Below, in pieces: positions 27,618 to 42,585 of a stretch of 64,000 nt of DNA. The position numbers and the translations under genes are program-made. Within the stretch, counting starts at the first letter, position 1. Each line of letters opens with the position of its first letter. The stretch lies in the NCBI GenBank assembly GCA_951406725.2, contig OX597822.1:33914001-33978000 (forward strand), given 5' to 3'. The notes beneath the pieces are model-generated. The model did not search any database, was not told where the DNA came from, and saw only the letters and a program-made list of their open reading frames with translations. This DNA comes from Octopus vulgaris. Lineage: Eukaryota.

Positions 27618-27943
27618 CAGAGGCAGACTGGCCAGATTGCCAGCTTACCCGATGGCAAATGGGCTCCTGCGCCATTAGGGGCCTATGTTAGTATCTAAGG
27701 AGTCCATTTCCTCAAGTTTGAGAATTTCTTATTCACTCCTGGAAGAATGCATTAATTATTTCAGCCTGGCTGTGTTTGTAGACAGTTGAAAAAAATACTT
27801 TTAACAAAAAACAAAAAATTAATCATCAAACCATTGTAGTTGCGGGTGGGCGCCCTTGCAGATGCAGGTGGGCCCCCTTGTAGTTGCGGGTGGGCCCCCA
27901 TAGTCTCCTGGCAGCCAATATTTTTAAACCCAGTCCACCACTG
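27618..27943. mobile_element. hAT-type MITE
   Basis: TIRs CAGAGGCAGACTGG / CCAGTCCACCACTG; flanks TACATATA / TATATATA (7 of 8 match). Confidence 0.6.
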
Positions 27944-28014
<71 letters not shown>

Positions 28015-28044
28015 CGAGAGAGAGAGAGAGACAGATAGTTAGAC

Positions 28045-28113
<69 letters not shown>

Positions 28114-28118
28114 CACAC

Positions 28119-28158
<40 letters not shown>

Positions 28159-28449
28159 ATGCATATACAGTCTTAAATAACTACGAGCGCCCCTTTCAGA
28201 ATTATTAGAGTTCATAAAAGGTAATTGGTTGTGAAGTGATTCAAGTCTGTGATATATTGCTTTTCTTTTTGATTTGAAGGGTTTGACATAAAATGATAAA
28301 TGAAGCCTGTTCAACCGCTCTAACCTACAACCGACCAACATCACATTAACCTACCAATCTTATTGTCCCTTGTCTACAATCTGTACGCCCACTGTTTATC
28401 TTCCATTGTCCTCAGCCGTTTCTTCTTTTTCCTTTTGCTGACCTACAGG

Positions 28450-28481
<32 letters not shown>

Positions 28482-28621
28482 CCTTTCTGCTCTTTTCCCC
28501 CTCTGTCTTTCATCTCTCTCTATCTTTCTCTCTCTCTCTCTTTCTTTCTTTCTCTCTCTCTCTCTCTCCTTTCTCTCTCAAGCGAAAACATTTCATTCAT
28601 TTACCTGTATTTCTTACATAC

Positions 28622-28757
<136 letters not shown>

Positions 28758-28886
28758 CACACATATATATACATATACATTACCACACACATACACACGC
28801 ACAGACGCATGCTACAGCTACGTATATACACACACACATACACACATACACACACGCACACATATGTGCATAGATATATGTGTATG

Positions 28887-29120
28887 AAGGCGGCGAGCTG
28901 GCAGAAACATCAGCACGCCGGGCGAAATGCGTAGCCGTATTTCGTCTGCCATTACGTTCTGAGTTCAAATTCCGCCGAGGTCGACTTTGCCTTTCATCCT
29001 TTCGGGGGTCGATTAAATAAGTACCAGTTACGCACTGGGGTCGATATAATCGACTTAATCCGTTTGTCTGTGCTTGTTTGTCCTCTCTGTGTTTAGCCCC
29101 TTGTGGGTAATAAAGAAATA
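28887..29120 (+). mobile_element. Family B SINE, full length
   Basis: Near-identical layout to 25860-26094. Confidence 0.85.
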
Positions 29121-29454
29121 GATATATGTGTATGTGTGCGTTTATGCATACATACATGCATACATACATACATACATGCATGCATACATGTACACACGCA
29201 TACATACACAGCTCTAACGTGTGCGTGTACGTATGTGCTTCCAAGTGTATGTATGTGGCAACGTGCGTCTCTTATCCACACTTTTAACCATCAAATTATT
29301 TTTCTCTCTTTTTATACATTTATAATCAATGCAGGTATGTACGCATGCAGTGTGTACATTTATGTATCTGCTATATATGTATGTGCCTATTTATATATAT
29401 ATGTATTAGTCTATGCGTGTGTATGTGTACAACATATATATATATATATATATA

Positions 29455-30697
29455 TCAGATTGTCCCATAAGCTCTGTCCGAATGTGAATAAAGAAAACAA
29501 GTGATCAAATGTTATATTTAATTGAAATTTAATCATCAATGTACTTTCCCTGATTATCTATGACTTCCTTCCATCTATTTACAAGCTTTTTAATCCCATC
29601 AATGTAAAACTCTTTTGGTTTCAAAGCGAAGAACTCTGAAATGTCAGTTTCGATCTCCTGGCTTGCGAAAGTTATGTCGCCCAAATGATTCTGTAAACTA
29701 CGAATCACATGGTAGTCTGAAGAAGCATGGTCGGGAGAATAAGGTGGATGAGGAATTTTTTCCCAAACCAAGCTCTTCGATCTTCTGTCACATGATCTTT
29801 GCAGTGTGGGGTCGCACACTATCTTTATGAAACATCACTCCTTTTCGATACACTAAAGCGGAATTTTTTTGTTCAAACGCTCTAATTGCTGACAGTAGAC
29901 TTGCGCATTGATTATTGCATTAGGTGGTAACAATTCAAAGTGAATTACTCCTTTGCAATCCAACCAGATAGAGAGAAGAACCCTTTTCCCATGAAGTTCC
30001 CTTCTCAGTTGGGTTGAGTTTTTTCCCTTTTACCACGCCACTGTTTACGACGTTTAACGCTTCGATAGAAGATCCATTTTTCGTCACCAGTCACAAGTCT
30101 ATCCAAAAAGGTGAACTGAGTTCGCAAGAATAGAGAAAAGAGCAGATGTCAACTCGGGATTTGCGGTTGCTTTCGGACAATTCATGAGGCACCCATTTTC
30201 CAAGTTTAGGAACCTTTCTAAGTTGTTAAAGATGACGATGAACAGTTGTATGGTTTGAACCAAGTTTTATTGCCAATTCTTCAACTGATTATGCAGCATT
30301 TTCTTCAAGTAATGCCTCAAGGAGCTTATCATCAAACTCAACTGGACGTCCTGTTCGATCTTCATCTTCAAGGCTGAAATCTCCACTTCTGAATTTTGTA
30401 AACCATCTTCTGCAAGTTCTTTCACTCAAGCATTCTTTCCCATAAATTGAGTGTATGTTTGGAGTCGCTTCGGCTGCAGAGTTTCCATTTTTTGTACTCA
30501 TAAAATATTATGTGCCTCAAATGCTAGGAAGGGTTTTAATCAAAGAAATTTTAATTCTGTAAAATAATATTTAATTTATTTAAATGTACACGAACGCATA
30601 ATTTTTTTTAAAATTCCATTAGACATTCTAAAATACTTATAAATTTCATTCAATCTTAAAAAAGGTAAAATCGGACAGAACTTATCGGATGACCTGA
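29455..30697 (-). mobile_element. Full-length mariner (DD34D) transposon with pseudogenised transposase
   Basis: TIRs TCAGATTGTCCCATAAGCTCTGTCCGA / TCGGACAGAACTTATCGGATGACCTGA within TA tracts; about 1.24 kb; peptides RRWFTKFRSGDFSLEDEDRTGRP, LVTGDEKWI and HPPYSPD..SDYH; frameshifts. Confidence 0.93.
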
Positions 30698-30944
30698 TAT
30701 ATATATATATACAGGGCTGACCAAAAGTCCCCCGACAGTAAATCAAAATTCCATAAATACTACCTGTAATTCTGACTCGAATGCAAAAATGTATCGCTCA
30801 AGGACTTCACTCTGAACAATTTTCATGACGCTTTATATTCATATGCTTTAAATAAATTCATTCAGTTGTTAAACATATATAAATCTCCGAATTAAATGGT
30901 TATGATTTAGATGACGGACTCTCGCGTCAGCTTATACCAAACGA

Positions 30945-31192
30945 CCTGCCCAAATGATTTGTTTATAGCGATCAAATGTTCGTGCTGCACATTAGCTCAC
31001 TCTCTCGCCATCAAATCGACGTTGTCTGAGCAGGTGCACGGCGTGCCACGCATCAGATGTCGAAGTGATCGCAAAGCAACGTCGGATGAAGTATTTTGAT
31101 CAAGAACTCAACGCACCACCCGGTCTACGAATTGAAACCAGGATCTCGCGATCGTGGGTGCAACTTCCTAGCCACTAGGCCATGTGCCATCA
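30945..31192 (-). mobile_element. tRNA-derived SINE (family D-like)
   Basis: Head GGCACATGGCCTAGTGG...GGTTTCAATTC on the minus strand. Confidence 0.6.
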
Positions 31193-31204
31193 CTATGTAT
31201 ACAT

Positions 31205-31291
<87 letters not shown>

Positions 31292-31302
31292 CATAGATAG
31301 AT

Positions 31303-31362
<60 letters not shown>

Positions 31363-31399
31363 TGAGAGAGAGAGAGAGTAAGATACATATATATCTATG

Positions 31400-31433
<34 letters not shown>

Positions 31434-31952
31434 CAATATAATATATATATAATATATATAAAATATATATATAATCTGTGCATATGTATTTATGTAGGGG
31501 GCGCTGTGTTTGTGGGGTGGGTGACGTACCTATAATTAATTACGTCTATTTTCACTCTTTTCACATTGAGCGTATATGAATGCATGTGTGTGCATGTATG
31601 TGTGTGTATGTACGTTTGTACGCACGCACACAACCACACACACCCTCCACAAACACACACATACGCATATGCACACAGAGTTGCACATACAGAGACAAAG
31701 AAACAAAAAAAAATACAAACTGAATGCAAATGACTGGCGCTGTCAAACAAAATAGCCTCTGTAGAGGTAAACTCGAGAGATTTCCTTTCATAGCATGTCT
31801 GAGCCAAAAAGTTACTAGCATTTGTGTCGACAGAACATGACAAATGCCACTTCAACCCTTCGAACCGACCCTTCGCTAAAATCCCGCTACTCTATAGCTA
31901 ACCTTTAATTGCAATTTTATCATAACTCACCTTTACCAACAATGTTACCACC

Positions 31953-31984
<32 letters not shown>

Positions 31985-32334
31985 CAACAACAACTACAAC
32001 AATATCAACAGCATAAAAATAGTACTGCTGTTGCTACGAGACAATGCAGACGCCTCAATGTGGTCAGTCTATATTGCTAGAAATAGTAATCAATTCACCC
32101 TCAATTCAAACATCTTCATATTATAAACTCTGCGTGAGAACAAAAGTTGAGACAGTCACGACTGGAGCAATGGTAAACAAAAGTTAGCCTATGACTAAAG
32201 AATTACAAGCGGTAGCATGAGCTAAAGCAGTGGTATATAGTCTGCTTGAAATAGCAGTCAAATCTCTATAGATTTCGTACACTTTTTTTTAAAAAAATGA
32301 AGGATAAATTGGATAATATAGTTTTATATAATTG

Positions 32335-32657
32335 GCTCTTCGTCGGTTGCGACGACGAGGGTTGCAGTTGATCCGATCAACAGAACAACCTGCTCATGAA
32401 ATTAACGTGCAAGTGGTCGGGTACTCTACAAACATGTTTACCCTTAACGCAGTTCTAAAAGAGATTCAGCGTGACACGGAGTGTGACAAGGCTGGCTCTT
32501 TGAAATACAGGTGCTTCTCATTTTTATCAGCTGAGTGAACTGGAGCAACGTGAAATAAAGTGTCTTACTCAAGGACACAACGCGTGGCCGGGAATTGAAC
32601 TGATGACCTTGTGATCGTGAGCCGCATACCCTAACCCCTAAGCAACGCGCCTTCACG
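32335..32657 (-). mobile_element. tRNA-derived SINE, family D, sharing its tail with family A copy 59836-60223
   Basis: tRNA head; GTGTCCTTGAGTAAGACACTTTATTTCACGTTGCTCCAG core; tail ...CCCTCGTCGTCGCAACCGACG. Another copy at 43095-43375 (+). Confidence 0.75.
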
Positions 32658-32744
32658 TAGTCTTATATATTTACGCCAATATCGAACAGAAAGTATGAGT
32701 GGTCAACACTACGTTGGTAGTACTGACTTGGGGTTATTAATATT

Positions 32745-33915
32745 CATAGTGGCCCTCAACTGTTCAGGTAGCCACCCTTGCTTAGCTATGCAGACGATAC
32801 AAAAGTCTCTCAGAGGCTACAGAACCTTGAATATATTCTTTTCTAGTCTAGGCACAAGGCCCGACATTTTGGGAGGAGGGGCCAGTCGATTTGATCGACC
32901 GCAGTACGCAACTGGTACTTAATTTATCGATCCCGAAATGATGCAAGGCAAAGTCGATCTCAGAGGAGTTCGAGAACCCTGAATATATTGAGCACATGCA
33001 ACAGGAGCCGGGTACAGTATACAGTTAGGCTGAGGAAAATAACATGCAGATTAATGCTGGAAAATTTCGAGCCCTGCATTGCCAGGTTATGAAGTTGATT
33101 GAAATGCAGTCCAAATGCACTGGTCCAGAAGGGTTTGAAATCCCGGAATCAAAATCAGTGCGCGACCTATGCAATAATATGAATGATGATGCATCTTTCC
33201 AGATACATATTATTAAATTAGCAATAAAATGTAGGCGGACGGTCAGGTGAGTCCTTAGAACTTTCAGAATGAGAGAACAGGAAACCGTGGTGGTCCTCTG
33301 AACGACATATGTCCTCAGCTGCTTAGGCCATTGCTCCCAACTACAGTCACCTCACAGTGTAAAATTAACGGTGAAACTCGAGCCAAGCTAGCAAAGCTAC
33401 ACAAAGGTTATCTCAATGTGGCATGTCAGAAACTGGGTAAGTGCTGAGAAAGTTAAGACTTTACTCTCTAAAACGAAGGTGGGAAATATATACAGTGAAA
33501 TGCATATGGAAGATCCAGGGAAGAATTGTACCAGACTTTAGCATTGAAAGTTACACAAACAGCAAAACTGGGCACCGCTTCATAGTGCCAAAGATCCTAA
33601 CATCGCCATCAACACACAGAACAAGATACTGTAATAGTTTGGATTTTAAGGACCCACAGCTCTTCAATATTCTCCCAAAAGCCTGAGAGACTTGTATGGG
33701 TTAGCTATAGGTGTCTCCAACTAAAAAGCTGGATCTCTTCCTGTCAAGACTTCTGGATAAATCTACATCACGGCAGGAAACACAGATGTGAGCAGTAGCA
33801 TTAAACTCCCTCATTCCCCAAATCCCACGTATCAGAGGAAGTTTCAGGTTTCAAGTAATGAAGATGTAGCTAAGCTAATGGTGCGGCGCCAGCTCTCGAG
33901 CTGAAACTTGTTGAA
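32745..33915 (+). mobile_element. 5'-truncated CR1/L2-group LINE, degenerate, interrupted by a family B SINE fragment
   Basis: SYADDTK, ENNMQINAGKF, LRTFR and KLRLYSLKRR..Y...IWKI motifs. SINE at 32838-32972 has a 17-bp direct repeat AGAACCYTGAATATATT. Confidence 0.8.
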
Positions 33916-33921
33916 GGGTTA

Positions 33922-34156
33922 TATAGTGGCCCTCAGCTGCTCAGGTAGCAACCATTGCTTAGCTATGCAGACGACACAAAAATTTCTCAAAGAATCTAGA
34001 AACCTGGAGATATTGCGCACCTGCAACAGGAGTTGGGCACAATATACAGGTAGGCTGAGGAAAATAACATGCAGTTTAATGAAAACATCGAGCCCTGCAT
34101 TACCATTTGATTGAAATGCTGTGGGGATACACTGGCGCAGAAGGGGTTGAAATCCC
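33922..34156 (+). mobile_element. Second tandem copy of the CR1-like fragment
   Basis: Begins at the same ATAGTGGCCCTCA point and contains SYADDTK. Confidence 0.7.
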
Positions 34157-34157
34157 T

Positions 34158-34580
34158 GGCTGTGTGGTAAGAAGCTTGCTTTGCAACAACATGGTTCTGA
34201 GTTCAGTCTCACTGCGTGGTACCTTTGGCAAATGTCTTTTACTATAGCCTCGGGTCGACCAAAGCTTTGTGAGATGATTTGGTAGACGAAAACGGAAAGA
34301 AGCCTGTTGATATATATGTGCGTGTGTGTGTGTGTGTCTCTGTGTGTGTGTGTCTCTGTGTGTGTGTGTGTGTACGTGTCTGTGTTTGCCACCCACCATC
34401 ACTTGACAACCGATGTTGGTGTGTTTACGTCCCTGTAACTTAGCATTTCGGTAAAAGAAACCGATAGAATAAGCACTGGGTTTACAAAGAATAAGTTCCG
34501 GGGTAGATTTCTTCGACTGGAAACCCTTTAAGGCGATGCTCCAGCATGGCCGCAGTCAAATGACTGAAATAACGAAAATA
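34158..34580 (+). mobile_element. Meta-domain-like SINE (family C)
   Basis: tRNA head; GCTTTGTGAGATGATTTGGTAGACGAAAACGGAAAGAAGCC domain; (TG)n; tail GGCGATGCTCCAGCATGGCCGCAGTC. Minus-strand copies at 41030-41441, 47975-48190 and 50855-51283. Confidence 0.8.
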
Positions 34581-35055
34581 ATATTAGAATTAAAGAATAT
34601 ATAAAAAAAACACATGCGAATAATGGAACACTTAGTAGCGATTGAGTGAGACGCCAGTTGTGTTTAAATATTTAAGCTCCCCAGTATGTATTGAGTACTT
34701 TTTATTTCGTTTGTAAAATAAACGTGCATACACATTATATGTGCGTAGCCTTGCGTGTATCTATGTTTGCATTTATGTATATCTATATGTGTGTCTGTGT
34801 GAGTGAGAGAGTATGTATGCATGTTGGTATAATGCCGTCTATTCTTCGTGATATTTTTTTTTCATTTTTCCTCTTTTTCTTGTTTTCTTTTGTTGTTGTT
34901 TGTCTCCATGTTTTCAAAGAAAACTTGTCGTCAATTCGGTTACATCTGTCGAGTACCGTAGACACTTTATGAAATATTCATAGACTACATATTTCCTTTT
35001 GTTCTCTAAAATGTTTTTGCATGACATTCTCTCTCTTTTATACACACACACACAC

Positions 35056-35163
<108 letters not shown>

Positions 35164-35218
35164 GGATGGATGGATGGATGGATGGATGGATGGATGGATG
35201 GATGGATGGATGGATAGA

Positions 35219-35325
<107 letters not shown>

Positions 35326-35543
35326 GTTTGAGACAGAATCACCGTCGAGCAACTCAATCATCATTGAATGACATTATCCACAATAGGTACATGTAGGACT
35401 AAATATTAAAATTGTCATAATTAATACCTACAATTCTCTTAAACCTATCTCTCTATATGTATATAATACAGTGAGTAATTCATTTTAGTACCACTAAATT
35501 GAACTTCTCTCCCCCTGTGGACTCAGAAATATCTTCCCTAATA

Positions 35544-35694
<151 letters not shown>

Positions 35695-35701
35695 CCTAAT
35701 A

Positions 35702-35754
<53 letters not shown>

Positions 35755-35788
35755 TCCCTAATATTAATATATATATATATATATACGT

Positions 35789-36940
35789 TAAGTACAGGAC
35801 ATCACCAACGAGCAAAAAGCAAGTAAATACACGAGAGATAAGTAGAGGACAAAATGCCAAAAGAAGTCTAACTCCTCCTCAGTTATCGACTGTTTCTTAC
35901 TCCTTATTTCAAGCTTTCAACGACAAGATAGGAAAACGTCATAAGCCAACAGCATCCAGAAATTTTTTTAATATAAAATTTGTGGAGCGTTAGAGCTTCG
36001 AACGAACAAATAGCAACAGAGTGGACGTACAGAGTAAACAATCGACGAAGACAAACATTAAGGGCCGTCTGGCTAAGACGAATGGTAATGGGTAACGTCT
36101 CGGAGAAATTTTGAAAAGGTATAGAATAAGTAGAAGAGAAAAAATGTCGGGGAGGCGAGAAAAATGACGTCCAGTTATGCGAAGGCCAAGTCCTAAAAGG
36201 ACAGAGGTGAGAGAAATGTCTTAGTGACGTGTGAGCAAACAGGTAGACGGGAGGGGGGACAAGCGAGAGGTTGAAAAGAAACAAAGGGAGTGAGGAGAAG
36301 GAAGAAAGAACGAAAGATAGTTGGGAGTGGAAGAAAGACAGGGGACAGCAAAGAACGAGGGGGAGAAACGGAAAATAAAGAGGATTATAGATGGATAGAG
36401 AGAAAGAAAGAAAACAGAGTGTGGTGTCACAGAAATTTTAAATAAATGTAAGAACTTACTGTGAACAAGGCTGCGTGACGTTCGATTATAAATTTAAAAA
36501 GTATAGATTAAGTACAGGACAACGGCCCTCAATATTTGTCTTTATCGATTGTTTACTCTTTACGTCCATTCTGTTACTGTTTGTTCGTTCGAAGCCCTAA
36601 CTATCCACAAATATTTTATATTTAAAACATTTCTGGATGCTGCTGTCTTATGAAGTTTTCCTATCTTGTCGTTAAAAGCTCGAAATAAGGATTAGTAAAC
36701 AGTCGACAACTGAAGAGGGGTTAGACTTCTTTCGGTATTTTGTCCGGTACTTGTTTCTCGTTATGTGTTTACGTATTTTCCACTCGTTGTTGATGTCTTT
36801 TGTATAAATTTTGGTATTTTGTCTTCTACTTATCTCTCGTGTATTTACGTGTTTTTTGCTCGTCGGTGATGTCCTGCACTTAATGTGTATTTTTTATTTA
36901 TTTATAATCGAACAACACGCGGCCTTGTTCACAGTAAGTT

Positions 36941-36943
<3 letters not shown>
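35789..36943. repeat. Complex foldback element between (TA)n tracts (PLE-like architecture)
   Basis: 35789-36068 is inverted against 36522-36882, and 36449-36500 against 36890-36943. Confidence 0.8.
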
Positions 36944-36984
<41 letters not shown>

Positions 36985-36990
36985 CTTATT

Positions 36991-37031
<41 letters not shown>

Positions 37032-37195
37032 AACGTATGTTTGTATGTATGTATGTAGATGCATATTTGTATGTTTGCATATATGTATACATGTATGTTT
37101 GTATGTACGTATGTATATGTATGCATTGTGAAGTTAGCGTTTATCTCCTGCACTTTGTTTCCACATTATATGCGTGTGTGTATTTATATGTATGC

Positions 37196-37276
<81 letters not shown>

Positions 37277-37419
37277 CGGACCTGTTGTTAAAGAAATCAT
37301 TATGAAAGTGAATCCACCATCAAAATAAGTTTTATATTTATTTAGATAAGAAGTTCAAGGAAAAACACTTTGGTTGTTTCCTCAAATTTCATTGTTAACA
37401 ATACCGCTGTCTAAACTGC

Positions 37420-37720
37420 GATACTCGTGCATCTGGTCGAGCTTGCTTGGACATTTTTAACACGCACATGACCGCCATCATTCTCGGTCCTGTATTAGCT
37501 ACGAGAGGTCTCCTGGGAGACATCAAGCTTCTCAGATGAGCTGATCTATATGCGTTGTATTCAGACGATCAGCTCACGTACTGCCACGCTTTTGCGTCGA
37601 TAGAAGTAGGTCACTCGTCAGCTCTTGTTCAACTCGCCAGCAATGTTCTGCAAAGCGCATGCACCTTTCTTTTATAATGTTGGATAAACAGGGCGATCTG
37701 CTTGTACAAACAGGCAAATC
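37420..37720 (-). mobile_element. Old RTE-like LINE 3' fragment
   Basis: IIKERCMRFAEHCWR.EQELTSDLLL and IQDRE.WR resemble the RTE C-terminus. Confidence 0.55.
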
Positions 37721-38195
37721 TCCCTGGCATTTTACAAAATGAAAGATAACCGTGGCGAGTGATATTAGCTACGTCATTTTCTGAAATTACTTTAAGACAA
37801 AGATTGGGACGCTGAGGATGGAATGCCTTTGATCAGAGGTTTATTGGATAAGATCTGAACTGAGAATTAAACAATAGAAATCTTATGCTGGTTGTTTTTT
37901 TAAAAAAATCTTTAGCTAAAAGTTCAGTTGCATAAATTATTCAAAATAGTCAGGATTTTAACAAAGAAATTTGTTTAAATATGATAATGCCAATGAATTG
38001 TTATGTCTCTCTATTGTTACATCTGCAGGCAATCACACGTTTGTATGTGAGTGTGTGTGTGTGCTTGAAGCGTGAGTGTGTGTGTGTGTGCGTGTGAGTG
38101 TTTGTGTGTGTGTGTGTTTTGTGTTTGTGTATGCGTATATATGTATGTATTTGTGTATGTGAGTGTGTATGCACACATATATTAACACATCTATG

Positions 38196-38244
<49 letters not shown>

Positions 38245-38733
38245 CTATATACAAACACGCACGAAGGCATGCACACATGTACAACCATCCCTCACACATA
38301 CAGTTACACACACATTAATACACGCACATATACATTCATAGATATATATATATATACATATATGTGTGTGCGTATGTATGTACGTACGTATGTACGTATG
38401 TCTGTCTGTATATATGTATGTATTATGTATGTATGTATGTATGTATGTATATATGTGTGTGTGTATGTATGTATGTGTGTGTGCGAGCGTGTGTATGTGT
38501 GTGTGTATGTGTGTGTGTATTCGTCCATAGCTAGTGAGTCACTGCAGGTATTCGATGTTTCTTAATCTCGTACTACTGTCCTTCAGATGACCTCGCTTGG
38601 GATTTCATATTCGAAGCAGTGACGGAATGAAGCATCGACATCGAACGAATAAAGAAAACTCTGCAACAAATATTGAAGACTTGTCCAGTTTGCGCATCCC
38701 AACAAATACACGCAGACAGACAGACACACACAG

Positions 38734-38805
<72 letters not shown>

Positions 38806-39109
38806 ATATATACGCATACATACATGCGTATGTATATTTGTATATATGTATATATGTATGTGTGCGTGTGGCTCCCTCTGCCTATAACCGGTTATACCAG
38901 GGAGATAACCATCTCCTCGCAACACGAAACGGAGATAGAAGTTTAAATGAGAAATCAACGAAGACTAGGAAGACAAAGTTCACACATTTGAAATTTCTTG
39001 TTAAGTGGCAATGCTGTATAGCACTATTTCATTCCTATTTGAAAGTTTCGGCATTATTTATACTGCGACTTATTAATTAGAGTGGCACACACACAACCAC
39101 GTACGCGCG

Positions 39110-39147
<38 letters not shown>

Positions 39148-39355
39148 AGAGAAGGGAAGAGAGAGAGGGGCAGAGAGAGTGGAGGAGAGAGAGGGAATTG
39201 TTATTTCTTTGAGGTTTACCCTCTACTTTGGGATTCGGTCACAAATGTCGCTAGTTGGTTGTTTATCCTCTCTCGACGCAAGGATAAATTCAATAAAGCA
39301 AGACTTAGTCTTGTATAGTATTTAGTTTATCGTCCTTCGTATATATATATATATA

Positions 39356-39508
39356 TAATACATGCATATAAATTACAGAAGAACCACTATGTAGCAATTC
39401 AACAATGATATACTTAAATCATAACATATAGAAAAAAATTAAAGACACGATAAAACATTTACCTAGAACTAAATAACATACGAAATAATAAATAAATAGT
39501 ATATATAA

Positions 39509-39551
<43 letters not shown>

Positions 39552-39684
39552 TATTTCGTACTTTATTTAGTTCTGGGTAAATGTTTTATCGTGTCTTTAA
39601 TTTTTTTCTATATGGTATGATTTAAGTATATCATTGTTGAATTGCTACATGGTGGTTCTTCTCTAATTTATATACATGTATTAT
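39356..39684. repeat. Foldback inverted repeat with (TA)n spacer
   Basis: Arms 39356-39490 and 39549-39684. Confidence 0.9.
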
Positions 39685-39842
39685 GTATTGTGCAATTTGA
39701 TTTAGTATTACTAAATTGAATTTTTTCCTGTAAGTTTGGAATCATATTCCCTATCATTATTGTTGTTGTTGTTGTTATTATTATTATCATCATTTTTATT
39801 ATTATTATTATATAGAAAGAGAGAAAGAGAGATGGATAGTTC

Positions 39843-39932
<90 letters not shown>

Positions 39933-40189
39933 GAGCCTTTCTACTAAAGGCACAAGGCCTGAAATTTCGGGGTAGAGGACTAATCGACTACATCGACGCA
40001 GTGTTTCACTGGTACTTAATTTATCGACTCAAAGGATAAAGGGCAAAGTCGCCCTCGGCATGCTGTTAAGCATTTTGATCGGCATGGTAACGATTTAGCC
40101 GTCTTGCTACCTTTATACATACATACATACATACATACATACATACATACATACATACATACATACATACATACATACATACATACATA

Positions 40190-40984
40190 CAAGGTGCGGT
40201 GAATCAAGTGTCGTCTAAGTTACGGAAAAACGAAAATAACACTGCCATCTCACTTTACAGATATATTTACAAAAATTACATATTCAGTAAAATCACCATT
40301 GGCTTCAACCACGGCCTCTAGACGACTTCGGAATCTCCTGCAACTCTTCTGGACGGTCTCCTTGTTTAAGTTGGTCCCTCGCCCAACTGCACCTTACACA
40401 TAATAATCGAAAGGGTTGCAGTCTGGGGAGTTAGGCGGCCAGATGTTACGGGTGATGTGGTCGCAGAAATTGTCTGACAGCCATGATTGGGTTCTCCTGC
40501 TGGTGTGGTATGGTGCAGAGTCCTGTTGTCAGACACAGGTCTTCCAGCAGCCACACTCTTGACCCAGGGCAGCACTACCTCCTCCAGGCACTTGATGTAG
40601 GCCTCCATATTTAGTCTGAAACCGTGCGGGAAGATGAATGGAGGCATAACGTTGCCATCACTAGTGATCACTCCAAACACCATGATGTTGACTGGATGTT
40701 CCATTTCTATAACTCTCGGTACATGTCCTCAGATTGCAGTCTCCTCAGATTGACATCCAAACACTATGAAATGTTCGTATTGGAGGTTCCGGCGATAACG
40801 CCAAGTAGCACAGTACCTTGCTTCCAAATTTTTGGCAGAGTAAATTGAGTCCTGGTGCTGTTTTTCTCTCAGATGGTGTCCAACTGACCTTACCATACTG
40901 TGTAGTCGACAAAATCAAAAACAAATAAAGCGCATGCGCGAAATTAAAAACATACAGTTGCGACTATTTACCCATCGCACCCTG
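40190..40984 (-). mobile_element. Internally deleted Tc1/mariner element of the maT (DD37D) type
   Basis: Imperfect TIRs CAAGGTGCGGTG / CATCGCACCCTG with TA flanks; peptides HPVNIMVFGVITSDGNVMPPFIF, QDSAP.HT, WPPNSPDCNPFDYY and RFRSRLEAVVEANG. Confidence 0.8.
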
Positions 40985-41896
40985 TATGTATGTGTGTGTG
41001 TATATATATATGTCTGTTTTCTTCTATTTTTTTATTCTTTTACTTGTTTCAGTCATTTGACTGTAGCCATGCTGGATCACCACCTTTAGTCGAGTAAATC
41101 GACCCCAGAACTTACTCTTTGTAAACCTAGTATTTATTCTATCGTTCTCTTTTGCCAACTGCTAAATTACGGGGATGTAAACGCACCAGCATCGGTTGTC
41201 AAGCGATGTTGGGTGGGGACAAACACAGACACACAAACATATACACACACGCATATATATATATATATGGATATATACAACGGGCTTCTTTCAGTTTCCG
41301 TCTACCAAATCCACTCATAAGGCTTTGGTCGACCCCGAGGCTATAGTAGAAGACACTTGCCCAAGGTGCCACGCAATGGGAATGAACCCAGAACCATGTG
41401 GTTCGTAAGCAAGCTACTTACCACACAAACACTTCTGCGCCTGCATATATGTGTGCGTTTCTAAGATTGTGTGTGTGTGTGTGTATGTTTATGTATATAT
41501 GTATGTATGTTTATGTACGTTTGTGCGTGTGTAAGTGTGTCTATCAAGAAACATGTGTAATGAAAATATCTGATTGTAACAGCCAAGTAGAAATATTACT
41601 GTCTTGCTAATAACGGCCATTTTACGGTTTTCTTTCGTTTCTTCTTGACAGCTTCTTAAGTTCTCGTAAACACATTGAAAGCACATTTTCCTTCGCTTTA
41701 GACAAAATGCCTTGCGGTAATTGATGATTTTCTCTTTATGTTCTAAATTCAAATCCCCGCTAGAGGCCGACCTTGCCTTTCATCTTTTTTTTTTCTTCTT
41801 CAGGGATCAATAAAATAAATATCAGTGAAAAATTTAATGACTATCCCCACTTCTTAACATAATACTTGAGGCCTTCGTCTTAAAGTAATCACCATG

Positions 41897-42585
<689 letters not shown>

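Noticed and set aside
36640-36735. HHR-like strings in the 35789-36943 foldback
   Set aside because: CTTATGA...GAAA lacks stem III and UH; CTGAAGA at 36710 is not followed by GAAA.
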